A stretch of 20,000 bases of DNA, taken from IMG/VR virus record IMGVR_UViG_3300025011_000036; one strand, 5' to 3'. Positions 1-8,693 of this stretch are shown one piece after another (positions within the stretch are counted from its first letter, which is position 1; every line of letters begins with the position of its first letter). This DNA comes from an uncultured virus (IMG/VR IMGVR_UViG_3300025011_000036). Taxonomy: Duplodnaviria; Heunggongvirae; Uroviricota; Caudoviricetes. The position numbers and the translations under genes are program-made. Below the pieces are notes generated by a model, which did no database searches, was not told where the DNA came from, and was given only the letters and a program-made list of their open reading frames with translations.

Positions 1-1986
1 CAATCGTTATCTCTTAAAGATTTCAAAGGGGTAGAGAATTTTACCCTTGAATTAAACGGAAAAAACGCTGACATTTTCGGTAAAAATGCAACAGGGAAAA
101 GTACACTTTTTGATAGTAGCCAGTGGCTTCTTTTCGGGAAAGATTCATCAGGTCGCGCAGACTATCAGATAAAACCGCAGGATGAGGACGGAAACGAGAT
201 CCATCGCTTGGATTGCATTGTCGAAGGAGTTTTCCTTGTTGATAATAATAAGCTCAAGCTCAAGCGTCAACTCTCTGAAAAATGGGTGAAGAAACAGGGA
301 ACCCAAGTGAAAGAGTTTACTGGCAATGAAACAAAATATTGGGTCAACGATGTCCCGGTAAAAGCCAAAGACTATACTCTTGAAATCAACATGCTCATAA
401 AGGAAAATATCTTCAAACTCCTGACAAATCCCCTCTTTTTTAATACCAATGAGAAGGGATTTGGATGGCAGGAACGGAGAAAGATTCTGTTTGAGATATG
501 CGGTGATGTGTCGGATTCGGACGTTATTGATTCGCTAGTTTCCGTAGGCGACAAAAGTATGTTGGATTTACAAATGGTCATTAACTCCGGCAGGACAATT
601 GAACAACACAAATTAGTAGTTTCGGAGAAGATTAAAAGCACTAAATCCCAAATGGATGGGATACCATCACGGATCAATGAGCAACAACGAAATATCACAG
701 AAGATGTCACTGACTACACAGCAATAGAAACCTCGCTACAAGCCCATGGAGACACTTTGCAAGCGATTGAATTAGAACTAGCTATGAACGCCAAGGGGGC
801 TAGTTTATACCGCCAGAAACAGCAACAGGCGTATAAGTTGCAGGGCGAATTGGATGCTCGAAAAAAGGATCTCGATAACTACTCTTTGTCTGGACTAAAA
901 AAGGCAATTGAGGAAAAATCGCAACTCGAAGGTGAGAGATACCTTATATCCACAGAGGTTAAGAAGTTGGGTTCTAATTCCGAATTAAGGTCCATGGAGC
1001 TAGAAAATATAGAAAAGTTAATTATCGAACTCCGTAAAACATGGGCAGAGGAAAACGCCAAACAATTCATTGCCCCTGATGGGTTTAGCTGCCCAACTTG
1101 CGAACAATCACTACCCGAAGGTAAGGCGCAAGAGAAGATTGATAAGTTAAAGGAAAACTTTGACAAGAATAAAAATCAGGTTATCTCCGGTGTTCGTAAA
1201 CAGGGTACAGATGCAGGAAGTAGAGCTGAATTCCTTAATAAAGAGAAAACGTTAGATGCTGAGATTTTAACCAAACACGAAACTAGATTAACTCAAATAT
1301 ACGAGAGAATTGTCGAGTTAGAAAATGACATAGAGCGCGAGAAAACTGAACACGGCAACGGATACAACTATTCTCTTGATTTGAAATATTCAAGTCTGAC
1401 TGACGAACTCCAAGCCTTGCAAGTCGAACTTGACAAGCCTATCGAAGATACAACTTCCGACCTTCTGTATAAAAAGCAAGAAACAGCTTCCTTAATCGAA
1501 TGGCTAAACAGAACACTCAACCAAAAGGAAGTTATCGAAAAAGCAAAACTTCGTATCGAAGAACTCAAGGCAGAAGAAAGCAAATTAGCTGCCGAAATAA
1601 ACAGCTATGAGCGTCAAGACTATCTAATTAAGCAATTCACAACTGCAAAGGTCAAGATACTTGAGGATTCGATTAACAACCGGTTTAAGACGGTTAAATT
1701 CAAGCTATTCGACACGCTGAATGATGGGACGGAAAAAGAAGTCTGCCGTACGTTAGTTAATACGAATGGCGTTTGGGTTGAATTTGATGGGGCGAATAAC
1801 GGTGGCAAAATTGTAGCTGGTCTTTCGATTATTGAAATGTTGTCGGAATACTACGGGGTATCCTGCCCGATTTTCATTGATAATTTTGAGTCAGTCACGG
1901 GTACTGTGGATGTAAACTCGCAAGTTATTAAGCTCATTGTGAGTGCGGAAGATGAAAAATTAAGAGTAGTGGGGAATAAAGCATGA
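1..1986 (+). CDS. Rad50/SbcC-like AAA ATPase (5'-truncated by window)
   Basis: Frame is open from base 1: QSLSLKDFKG...FGKNATGKST (Walker A) lies upstream of the track's 208 start; long coiled coil with CPTC zinc hook; C-terminal PIFIDNFES (Walker B). Confidence 0.9.
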   Translation, partial: QSLSLKDFKGVENFTLELNGKNADIFGKNATGKSTLFDSSQWLLFGKDSSGRADYQIKPQDEDGNEIHRLDCIVEGVFLVDNNKLKLKRQLSEKWVKKQGTQVKEFTGNETKYWVNDVPVKAKDYTLEINMLIKENIFKLLTNPLFFNTNEKGFGWQERRKILFEICGDVSDSDVIDSLVSVGDKSMLDLQMVINSGRTIEQHKLVVSEKIKSTKSQMDGIPSRINEQQRNITEDVTDYTAIETSLQAHGDTLQAIELELAMNAKGASLYRQKQQQAYKLQGELDARKKDLDNYSLSGLKKAIEEKSQLEGERYLISTEVKKLGSNSELRSMELENIEKLIIELRKTWAEENAKQFIAPDGFSCPTCEQSLPEGKAQEKIDKLKENFDKNKNQVISGVRKQGTDAGSRAEFLNKEKTLDAEILTKHETRLTQIYERIVELENDIEREKTEHGNGYNYSLDLKYSSLTDELQALQVELDKPIEDTTSDLLYKKQETASLIEWLNRTLNQKEVIEKAKLRIEELKAEESKLAAEINSYERQDYLIKQFTTAKVKILEDSINNRFKTVKFKLFDTLNDGTEKEVCRTLVNTNGVWVEFDGANNGGKIVAGLSIIEMLSEYYGVSCPIFIDNFESVTGTVDVNSQVIKLIVSAEDEKLRVVGNKA

Positions 1987-2990
1987 CAACAGATATAGCG
2001 ATAAATGAACAAACCATGGCAGAACGATTTATGGGCAAGGTAACGGAATTATTTCAAGGAAGCGTAGGGGAGATTGTCCTAACTAATTTCCAAAAACGTC
2101 TGATCCAAAACTATTTCATCGTTGCCGATATGACCCTTAAAACTGCTGAAGAGAAGCGTAAAAAGAAAACCAAGAACCAGGACCCCTTGCCTATTGTTTG
2201 GGCAAATATCGATATGGAGGAACTTTCCCAAAACGTTGTAGCTGCCGCGAGGATTGGTTGGGACCCGCAACAGGACAACCATGTCAGTCTTATCCCATTT
2301 AAGAAGAATGGCGTGGCTAAATATGGATTAACCTTTATGCCTGGGTATCGAGGAATTGAACTAAAGGCAGTTAAATACGGCCTAGATGCTCCAAATGTTA
2401 TTGTTGAACTCGTTTACTCTACCGACAAATTCAAATCTATCAAAAAGAGTCACACCAATAAGGTTGAGTTTTATGAGTTTGAAATTACCAACGACTTTGA
2501 CCGGGGCCAGTTAGTGGGTGGGTTTTATTACCACTCATTCCCTGATAATCCAGAGAAAAATAAGCTTGTTGTTTTATCGATAAAGGACATCGAAAAAAGA
2601 AAGCCCAAGTATGCCTCAGTTGAATTTTGGGGTGGGGAAAAGGACGTTTGGGATAACGGTAAAAAAGTCGGCAGGGAAACCATAGAGGGATGGCACGACA
2701 AGATGTGCTATAAGACAATTTACCGGGCCGCCTATAAAGACATCACAATCGACAGTCAAAAGATTGATGACGATTATATGCGACTAAATCAACTTGAAAA
2801 CGAATTCAAAGAGGCCGAAGTAGAACAAACGATTGTGGAAAACGCTAACAATGGCAATGTTGTTGATATCGTATCCGAAGACGTTCCGAACGACCACGAA
2901 AATGAAGAAGGTATTACTGATGCTGAGATAGTTGAGATGGATAAGTTGGCTGAAGAGTTGAACAATCCACCAACAGGGCCGGGATTCTAG
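1983..2990 (+). CDS. recT: RecT-family ssDNA annealing recombinase
   Basis: AARIGWDP, MPGYRGIE, VELVYSTDKF, W..W.DKMCYKTIYR motifs; acidic tail ending PGF; sits between ATPase and MBL. Confidence 0.88.
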   Translation: MTTDIAINEQTMAERFMGKVTELFQGSVGEIVLTNFQKRLIQNYFIVADMTLKTAEEKRKKKTKNQDPLPIVWANIDMEELSQNVVAAARIGWDPQQDNHVSLIPFKKNGVAKYGLTFMPGYRGIELKAVKYGLDAPNVIVELVYSTDKFKSIKKSHTNKVEFYEFEITNDFDRGQLVGGFYYHSFPDNPEKNKLVVLSIKDIEKRKPKYASVEFWGGEKDVWDNGKKVGRETIEGWHDKMCYKTIYRAAYKDITIDSQKIDDDYMRLNQLENEFKEAEVEQTIVENANNGNVVDIVSEDVPNDHENEEGITDAEIVEMDKLAEELNNPPTGPGF

Positions 2991-2991
2991 T

Positions 2992-3735
2992 ATGAATCTA
3001 AAAGTAATTGGTTCGGGGAGTAAGGGTAATTCCTATCTCCTCGAAGCCCCTACCGGAACTCTAATTCTAGATGCAGGAATGAAATATAAAGACATACAGA
3101 AAGCTCTAGGATTTGATTTAAGCCGTGTTTATGGATGCCTAGTAACCCACGAACACAAAGATCACTCGAAGGCCGTTAAAGGGCTTACTCTTTCTAGTAT
3201 TGATTGTTATATGTCCATGGGGACTCTAAAAACAATGGAATCCCTAAATACTCATAGGTTGATGCCTGTTATTTCGGGAATGCAATTTGACGTTGGAGAT
3301 TTTACGATTCTCCCCTTCGATACCGAGCATGATTGCGCTCAACCACTTGGATATTTAATTCAGTACAGACCAACGGGTGAAAAACTACTTTTTGCAACAG
3401 ATACGTACTTCATAAGAAATCGCTTCAATGGATTAAATTATGTGCTAGTTGAATGTAACTACTGCAAAGACACATTAGATGCAAATATTGAATCAGGATA
3501 CATTCAATCTAGTATGAAAAACCGTCTATTGGAAAGCCATTTTTCACTGGAACACGTCAAGGAGTTCTTATCCGCTAATGATTTGTCAAAGGTAAAAAAA
3601 ATAGTTTTACTTCATTTATCCTCAGTTAACTCGGACGCAGAAAGAATGGTCAGGGAAATAACGGAGTTAACGGGTAAGGATACGGAGATTGCTGAAGCTG
3701 GAAAAAACATACCGTTGGAACAATTTACGTTCTGA
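2992..3735 (+). CDS. MBL-fold metallohydrolase (phage exonuclease-type)
   Basis: GSGSKGNSY, LDAG, THEHKDH, EHD, ATDT, VECNY, SHFS, LLHLS metal-binding motifs. Confidence 0.92.
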   Translation: MNLKVIGSGSKGNSYLLEAPTGTLILDAGMKYKDIQKALGFDLSRVYGCLVTHEHKDHSKAVKGLTLSSIDCYMSMGTLKTMESLNTHRLMPVISGMQFDVGDFTILPFDTEHDCAQPLGYLIQYRPTGEKLLFATDTYFIRNRFNGLNYVLVECNYCKDTLDANIESGYIQSSMKNRLLESHFSLEHVKEFLSANDLSKVKKIVLLHLSSVNSDAERMVREITELTGKDTEIAEAGKNIPLEQFTF

Positions 3736-3759
3736 TTAGGGAGGCGGGATTATGAAACA

Positions 3760-3912
3760 TTGAACTGTTCGGAGTGCGGGATCAAAACATCTCGCATAAA
3801 CGCGCATCATCCAGATTACAGTAAACCTCTCGATGTTAAGTGGCTTTGCCCACTGTGCCACAGGGATAAACACAGGACATACCCAAGAAGCAACCGTAAA
3901 TTGACTCAATAA
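3760..3912 (+). pseudogene. HNH-like zinc-binding minigene or remnant (50 aa), not in ORF track
   Basis: TTG-initiated [37 protein letters not shown]; HHxDYxKPLDVxWLCxxCH is typical of small phage HNH-like proteins. The RBS-proximal ATG (3752) reads only MKH*. Confidence 0.65.
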
Positions 3913-3932
3913 CCATTTTAAGGAGGAGCCAA

Positions 3933-4154
3933 ATGCAAAACACAGCAACGCAAATAGATCCCATCCTATTCACAGAACTCTACATGTCCGGCCTAAACGA
4001 CATCGAAGTCGGCAAAATCATAGGCTGCGGTAAATCCCGGATTCAGAAAGAGCGCAACGAGTTAGACTTACCGCCGAACAAGGATATTTTTGCATGGCAA
4101 AAGGGTCTAGATAATGCCGAATTAGCGAAGATACCTGCTAAATATCGGAGGTAG
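3933..4154 (+). CDS. Small HTH protein
   Basis: ELYMSGLNDIEVGKIIGCGKSRI...LDLPPN; RBS AAGGAGGAG; paralogous to the N-terminus of 7747-8124. Confidence 0.7.
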   Translation: MQNTATQIDPILFTELYMSGLNDIEVGKIIGCGKSRIQKERNELDLPPNKDIFAWQKGLDNAELAKIPAKYRR

Positions 4155-4156
4155 TT

Positions 4157-4624
4157 ATGGCTTATCAGTATTGGATAACTCCCGAACATTACTCTATAGC
4201 AGAAGAAAATGGCATAAGTACAAACACTCTAGAAAAGAGAGTTCGGGACAGAGCGTGGCCGATAAAAGAAGCCATAACTACCCCTCCAAAAAAACGCAAT
4301 TTATACACAGAATGGGTTGTATTAGCTAAGACAAATGGGATAGGCAAGAGAACATTCGAGACAAGAATTTACAGGCATGGATGGACCCCTGAGAAGGCAG
4401 CAACTACGCCTGTACTTGATCCAAGGAACAACATGAAAGTGGTCGGAGAAGCAAATCGAAAGCATCAGAAAAAATATGAGGAATTGGCACTCAGGAACGG
4501 TATTTGTCGCAGAACTTTTTTAAGCAGAGTGCTTAGGAAATGGAGTCTTGAGGATGCGGCAACTAGGACGGTGGAAACTAATCGTTGGCATAGCGATAAA
4601 AAGAAGGAGATGGAGAAGAAGTGA
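4157..4624 (+). CDS. Triple-repeat putative DNA-binding phage protein (PVL ORF50/SA1788-like repeats)
   Basis: Three copies of A..NGI...T...R....W....A.T; paralogue at 7309-7734. Confidence 0.7.
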   Translation: MAYQYWITPEHYSIAEENGISTNTLEKRVRDRAWPIKEAITTPPKKRNLYTEWVVLAKTNGIGKRTFETRIYRHGWTPEKAATTPVLDPRNNMKVVGEANRKHQKKYEELALRNGICRRTFLSRVLRKWSLEDAATRTVETNRWHSDKKKEMEKK

Positions 4625-4881
4625 AGCCAATAGGAATCTCAGTAACAATGGACTCTTTCGGGAGGATTACGATACCCAAGCCATTGCGGTTAACGATGGG
4701 ATATGACACTACGACACCGCTAGAAATGGTGTCAGATGGAAAAGGTTTGAGGATACAGAAGCACTCGATAGAGTGTATGTTTTGCGGATCTGATATTAAG
4801 GTTGTCGCGTGGCATGGGGATATGGTTTGCAGAGCATGTTCCTCTGATATTTTGGCGAAGAGTGTGAAGGAGGGTGTTTAG
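4621..4881 (+). CDS. AbrB/MazE/SpoVT-family regulator with C-terminal zinc ribbon
   Basis: MKPIGISVTMDSFGRITIPKPLR matches the AbrB N-terminus; CMFC...CRAC. Confidence 0.88.
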   Translation: MKPIGISVTMDSFGRITIPKPLRLTMGYDTTTPLEMVSDGKGLRIQKHSIECMFCGSDIKVVAWHGDMVCRACSSDILAKSVKEGV

Positions 4882-4883
4882 GG

Positions 4884-5195
4884 ATGAAGACTGGTGAAAT
4901 GTACACATATGCGTTAGCTAATCCTAATGCTAAATTTTATAGAACCAACTTAAATAATGCTGTTTATAAATTCCTTAATGGGCACTTAGTTTATTCCGAT
5001 AACGATAAGTTTTCATGTGAAGTTCCGAAACTTGATGAAGATTGGGAATTATTTCGCGAGTCAGTTGATTTCATGACCGCCGTGAATAGCGGGAAGAGGA
5101 TAAGGCCAGTCGATCATACCATTGACGGTTTCCTTAGATTCACGGAATGGGATCTCAGCCTTAAAATGATCAACGGCCTATGGCTAGTCGAGTAG
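4884..5195 (+). CDS. Hypothetical phage protein
   Basis: RBS GGAGGG; in operon; no recognised motif. Confidence 0.7.
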   Translation: MKTGEMYTYALANPNAKFYRTNLNNAVYKFLNGHLVYSDNDKFSCEVPKLDEDWELFRESVDFMTAVNSGKRIRPVDHTIDGFLRFTEWDLSLKMINGLWLVE

Positions 5196-5202
5196 ATCAT
5201 GC

Positions 5203-5235
5203 AAAGAAATAAGGCAGAGATCAATCATCTCTGCC
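5203..5235 (-). terminator. Intrinsic terminator overlapping the stop of 5221-5403
   Basis: Minus strand GGCAGAGAT-GATTG-ATCTCTGCC followed by TTATTTCTTT. Confidence 0.75.
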
Positions 5236-5403
5236 GACTGAATCCTTATTTTTCCAATATGTCTTTAATCCAAGTTCTATTAGATCACGGATAGCAACGG
5301 ACTTTGGCGGTAATGTCCCGACATCCTTGCGGTATTTATCTATCTCTGACGCTAAGGGTTCCGGTAGCACGAAATTGAAGCGATATAGCTTATCATTTGC
5401 CAT
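5221..5403 (-). CDS. Ribbon-helix-helix (CopG/Arc-like) regulator
   Basis: YRFNFVLPEPLASEIDKYR...KSVAIRDLIELGL pattern; RBS GGGAGGA; own promoter and terminator. Confidence 0.8.
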   Translation of the reverse strand: MANDKLYRFNFVLPEPLASEIDKYRKDVGTLPPKSVAIRDLIELGLKTYWKNKDSVGRDD

Positions 5404-5436
5404 ATTTTATCATCCTCCCTAAAGTTATATGTTACT

Positions 5437-5507
5437 TATTATAACACAAGTTAAGTTTATTATGCACCATGTTAAATTATACAAACGACACAACTTGTGT
5501 TATAATA
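5437..5507. promoter_or_regulatory. Divergent promoters embedded in a perfect 16-bp inverted repeat
   Basis: TATTATAACACAAGTT (5437-5452) and AACTTGTGTTATAATA (5492-5507); each arm supplies TG-n-TATAAT pointing outward. Confidence 0.8.
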
Positions 5508-5528
5508 TAGGAGAGGAGTGATGTAGGG

Positions 5529-5930
5529 TTGAATAAGATTGAGCAAAGGTTCCAAGATGCGTACGATGAATTGGTTAATGAAGATCCTGAATTTCCGGCA
5601 ATTGTGGAACTTTTAAGTCAAGTTGTGATTGGAATCTATAAAGTTGACTTTGTTTATGAAAAGTGTGTCATCGAGATAGATGGACATGAATTTCACAAAA
5701 GCAAAGAACAACGAGAGAAGGATTACAAGAGAGAAAGGTATTTAATGCGCCAAGGATATACAGTGATACGTTATATGGGTACTGAAGTATTTTTAAATCC
5801 AAAAGAATGCGTGACGGAGGCCATTGATCTTGCTAACGAAATAACACGCAGGGATATTTCTGACTTTCTCAACGGGTATGATGAGGGTTTTGGGAGAGGA
5901 ATGGAAATGTTAAATAATGCAGGAAGGTGA
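5529..5930 (+). CDS. DUF559 / Vsr-like PD-(D/E)XK endonuclease domain protein
   Basis: IGIYKVDF, VIEIDGHEFH, Q..KD..RERYL...GYTVIRY.G.EV. Confidence 0.85.
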   Translation: MNKIEQRFQDAYDELVNEDPEFPAIVELLSQVVIGIYKVDFVYEKCVIEIDGHEFHKSKEQREKDYKRERYLMRQGYTVIRYMGTEVFLNPKECVTEAIDLANEITRRDISDFLNGYDEGFGRGMEMLNNAGR

Positions 5931-5934
5931 GTAG

Positions 5935-6759
5935 GTGCCTAATAGGATTTTAAAGGAATCCATTTGCACTAGCGACACGATAGATCAATTAACTACAGAA
6001 GAGGAGAACTTCTTTTATAGATTAATTGTAAATTGTGACGACTACGGTCGCATGGATGGAAGAATAAAAATACTTACCGCAAAATGTTACCCTCTTAAAG
6101 ATAATTCGATAACTAACGACATAGTGAAAAGATTAATAAAACTAATAGATGTAGGATTGGTTGTGAGCTACGTAAGCGGAGGGCTACCATACCTGCAAAT
6201 AAAAACGTGGGAAAAGCACCAACAAATAAGGGCAAAAAGAAGCAAATACCCAGAGCCAACATCAGAGACATACAACGGATATCAGATGATATCGGATGAT
6301 TGCATATGTCACCGTAATCCAATCCAATCCAATCCAAATCCAATCCAAATCCGAATCCAATCCGAATCCAAAACAATACCCGAAGATATTTCTTCGCCTA
6401 CACTCAGTGATAAGTCGGAGATGCTCTTCGAAGAATTTTGGGAATCGTATCCAAGGCATATCAATAAGACAAAGACCATGAAGGCGTGGAATACTAGAAG
6501 GAAGGAAGGAGTTGACCCCAATGACCTAGTTTCTGCATCTAGGAACTACGCAACATCTAGGAAGGGTAAGGATCAGCAATTCACCCAACATCCTTCCACC
6601 TTCTTAGGGCCTGCAAAACCATATGAAGATTATGTACATTATCCATTGGATGAAGATAAATCAAAACTATGGGTTAAAAATGAACCATCCATTCAGGACA
6701 ATATAACAGCCCAATGGTTATCTATGCACGAGGAGGCAGAAAATAATGGACAAGCCTGA
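5935..6759 (+). CDS. Phage replication initiator (replisome organizer)
   Basis: MPNRILKESI...LIVNCDDYGR winged-helix N-terminus; low-complexity linker with DNA repeats; C-terminal FEEFWESYPR...HPSTFLG. Confidence 0.85.
   Translation: MPNRILKESICTSDTIDQLTTEEENFFYRLIVNCDDYGRMDGRIKILTAKCYPLKDNSITNDIVKRLIKLIDVGLVVSYVSGGLPYLQIKTWEKHQQIRAKRSKYPEPTSETYNGYQMISDDCICHRNPIQSNPNPIQIRIQSESKTIPEDISSPTLSDKSEMLFEEFWESYPRHINKTKTMKAWNTRRKEGVDPNDLVSASRNYATSRKGKDQQFTQHPSTFLGPAKPYEDYVHYPLDEDKSKLWVKNEPSIQDNITAQWLSMHEEAENNGQA
6278..6369 (+). repeat. Putative intragenic replication origin: 2x GATATC(A/G)GAT followed by 10x AATCC
   Basis: GATATCAGATGATATCGGATGAT at 6278-6300; ten AATCC units at 6316-6369 with single A/G spacers. 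Confidence 0.7.
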
Positions 6760-7285
6760 GTTTGCTAAATTTTATTCATACATCACGTCAATTACCACTG
6801 ATACCAAGCCGTCACCACAAAGGATGGAGGTATACTGGGACGCTCTTAAAGATTTACCCTTTAACATAGCCATGACCTCAGCTAGAAAAGTAATAGCAAC
6901 CCTTGAGAATCCTTTCCTCCCAATGCCAGCCGTATTCCGAGGGGTGGCGGCACAAATCACAGGACCGAACATCCCGCCAGCACCGGACGCATGGGCAGAG
7001 GTTACAAAGTCAATCCGTAACCTCGGCATATATCGCGAACCGGAAGCGTTGGCAAGTCTTAGTCCTTTAACAAGAAAAGCAGTTGAAGCGATTGGATTTA
7101 AAGATATTTGCCTATCTGAAAACATTGATGTTATACGGGGTCAATTCCGAATGGCGTATGAGGCCTTGGAGAAAAGGGAGATAACGGACGCGAAAACCCC
7201 GCAATCTTTAAAGCAAATCATAGCAACAATGCAAGGGGCAAAGGATTTAGCCGAACCGAAACAGATAGCAAAGATTGACACCTAA
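6746..7285 (+). CDS. Replicative helicase loader/inhibitor (SPP1 G39P-like)
   Basis: MDKPEFAKF...YWDALKDLPF...FLP.PAVFR, then AWAEV...IC.SEN..IRGQF; directly follows the initiator. Confidence 0.75.
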   Translation: MDKPEFAKFYSYITSITTDTKPSPQRMEVYWDALKDLPFNIAMTSARKVIATLENPFLPMPAVFRGVAAQITGPNIPPAPDAWAEVTKSIRNLGIYREPEALASLSPLTRKAVEAIGFKDICLSENIDVIRGQFRMAYEALEKREITDAKTPQSLKQIIATMQGAKDLAEPKQIAKIDT

Positions 7286-7308
7286 AACAGTGAGGGGGCT
7301 TGGTTGTG

Positions 7309-7734
7309 ATGAGCTATAACTTCTATATCCCACCAACTGCATATGAAATAGCTAATAAAAACGGAATAAGCACAAGGTTACTCACTGACAGAGTAAGAAT
7401 CCTGGGATGGAGCATTGAAAGAGCAAAGAAAGATCCACCTCGAAAGCAAGGTGATTGGAAGAAGTGGACAGGTGTTGCAAAGGAGAACAATATTCCCCTC
7501 TCTGCATTTTACAGAAGGGTAAACGAATTGGGTATGAGTCCAGACGATGCAGCAACCATTCCCATGATGGGCAAGAGAACACTGATAGACAACATAGCAA
7601 TAGCAAAAAGGAAATACCCCAAGGAATACGAGGACATGGCATTGGCTAACGGGATTGGAAAGAAAACTTTTGTGAGCAGGATGTTTAGGAAATGGGATCC
7701 TTTAGAGGCGGCGACTAAACAAGTTAAGAGATAA
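7309..7734 (+). CDS. Triple-repeat putative DNA-binding phage protein
   Basis: Same repeat as 4157-4624 (YEIANKNGIST...GWSIERA; AKENNIP; ALANGIGKKTFVSR...W); start may be 7306 or 7309. Confidence 0.7.
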   Translation: MSYNFYIPPTAYEIANKNGISTRLLTDRVRILGWSIERAKKDPPRKQGDWKKWTGVAKENNIPLSAFYRRVNELGMSPDDAATIPMMGKRTLIDNIAIAKRKYPKEYEDMALANGIGKKTFVSRMFRKWDPLEAATKQVKR

Positions 7735-7746
7735 GGAGGAACCTAA

Positions 7747-8124
7747 ATGCGAAAGCTAAAATTCAACGAACAAAAAATCTTGCAGCTCTACAACTCCGGC
7801 AAAAACGATACCAAAATTGGAAAGGCAGTCGGGATAAAGCCAAACACCATAGCGTGTTGGAGGCACAGGAATAATCTCCCGTCCAAAATTGGAAACATAT
7901 CGGATGGAACATACCTGACCGGGGTTAGTTACCGAGATGTGCTGGAACCTGAGCAGGTTGACGTAATGAGCGAGTTTCTTATCAACTTTATTAAAGCTGG
8001 AAAACAAGCTGTGGAGTCAGGAGTTAAGCCGGACGTTATGGGATTTATGGATGCTTATGCCGGCAGGACTAAGAAGTGGTCAGAGGAAAGACGGAGCGAG
8101 ATGACGGGGACGGTGGCAAGATGA
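7747..8124 (+). CDS. HTH-domain protein
   Basis: QLYNSGKNDTKIGKAVGIKPNTIACWRHRNNLPS; RBS AAGGAGGA. Confidence 0.72.
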   Translation: MRKLKFNEQKILQLYNSGKNDTKIGKAVGIKPNTIACWRHRNNLPSKIGNISDGTYLTGVSYRDVLEPEQVDVMSEFLINFIKAGKQAVESGVKPDVMGFMDAYAGRTKKWSEERRSEMTGTVAR

Positions 8125-8472
8125 ACTACTTCGACGAAGCCCGAAAACTCCTACCCCTCTCAAACTGCCTAAAACGTCACTACGCCTGTGTAATCGTGAT
8201 GGGTGGTCGAAGTTATATCCAATGGGTATAATGAGTCGCCTGAAGCATGTACTACGTGCTCTAGGATGGATATTGAACATAACACGGGAAGTTATGATGA
8301 TTGTTTAGCCGTGCATGCTGAGGTTTCTGCTTTGGTTAGGTCTAAGGTTGATCTTGGGGGTGCTGAGTTATATCTAGTCTGCTCGGATGAGGTTGATCCT
8401 ATACCGTGTCCGGCATGTCAGAAGTTGTTGGACTTCGCAGGAGTTAAACAGGTGAGGGAGGTGCAGAAATGA
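8121..8472 (+). pseudogene. dCMP deaminase (ComEB-like), frameshifted near 8202-8208
   Basis: From ATG 8121: MNYFDEARKLLPLSNCLKRHYACVIV (stop at 8231); the +1 frame continues EVISNGYNESP...AVHAEVSAL...PCPACQKLL with HAE and PCxxC zinc motifs. Confidence 0.85.
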
Positions 8473-8693
8473 AGCGCGGCAATATGCGAACCTACGGCAC
8501 AGTATTAACGGAAAAGCTAGTTAGCGAAAAATGCACGACATGGGCTAGCCCATGTGTTAGGTACTTTGTCGATGCGAGTGGTAACAGGATAAGCGAGCCA
8601 GATAAGGTTGTAGCAGAAAGCGCATACATTGAGCCTACGGAATACAGAAAGAGGGTTGATAATTTGAAAAGGGACGAAAAAAGATATGGGTAA
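8469..8693 (+). CDS. Hypothetical protein
   Basis: RBS GGGAGG; ATGA overlap with the upstream stop. Confidence 0.65.
   Translation: MKRGNMRTYGTVLTEKLVSEKCTTWASPCVRYFVDASGNRISEPDKVVAESAYIEPTEYRKRVDNLKRDEKRYG

Noticed and set aside
3733..3735. Selenocysteine readthrough of the MBL TGA
   Set aside because: The MBL is full length at this stop, no convincing SECIS hairpin follows, and a new RBS starts immediately after.
3736..3948. 70-aa minus-strand ORF
   Set aside because: The opposite strand carries the recognisable HNH-like motif.
6316..6369. CRISPR array
   Set aside because: 5-nt units with no spacers and no cas genes.
6113..6521. Overlapping alternative-frame ORFs in the initiator
   Set aside because: Open only because the AATCC array lacks stop codons.
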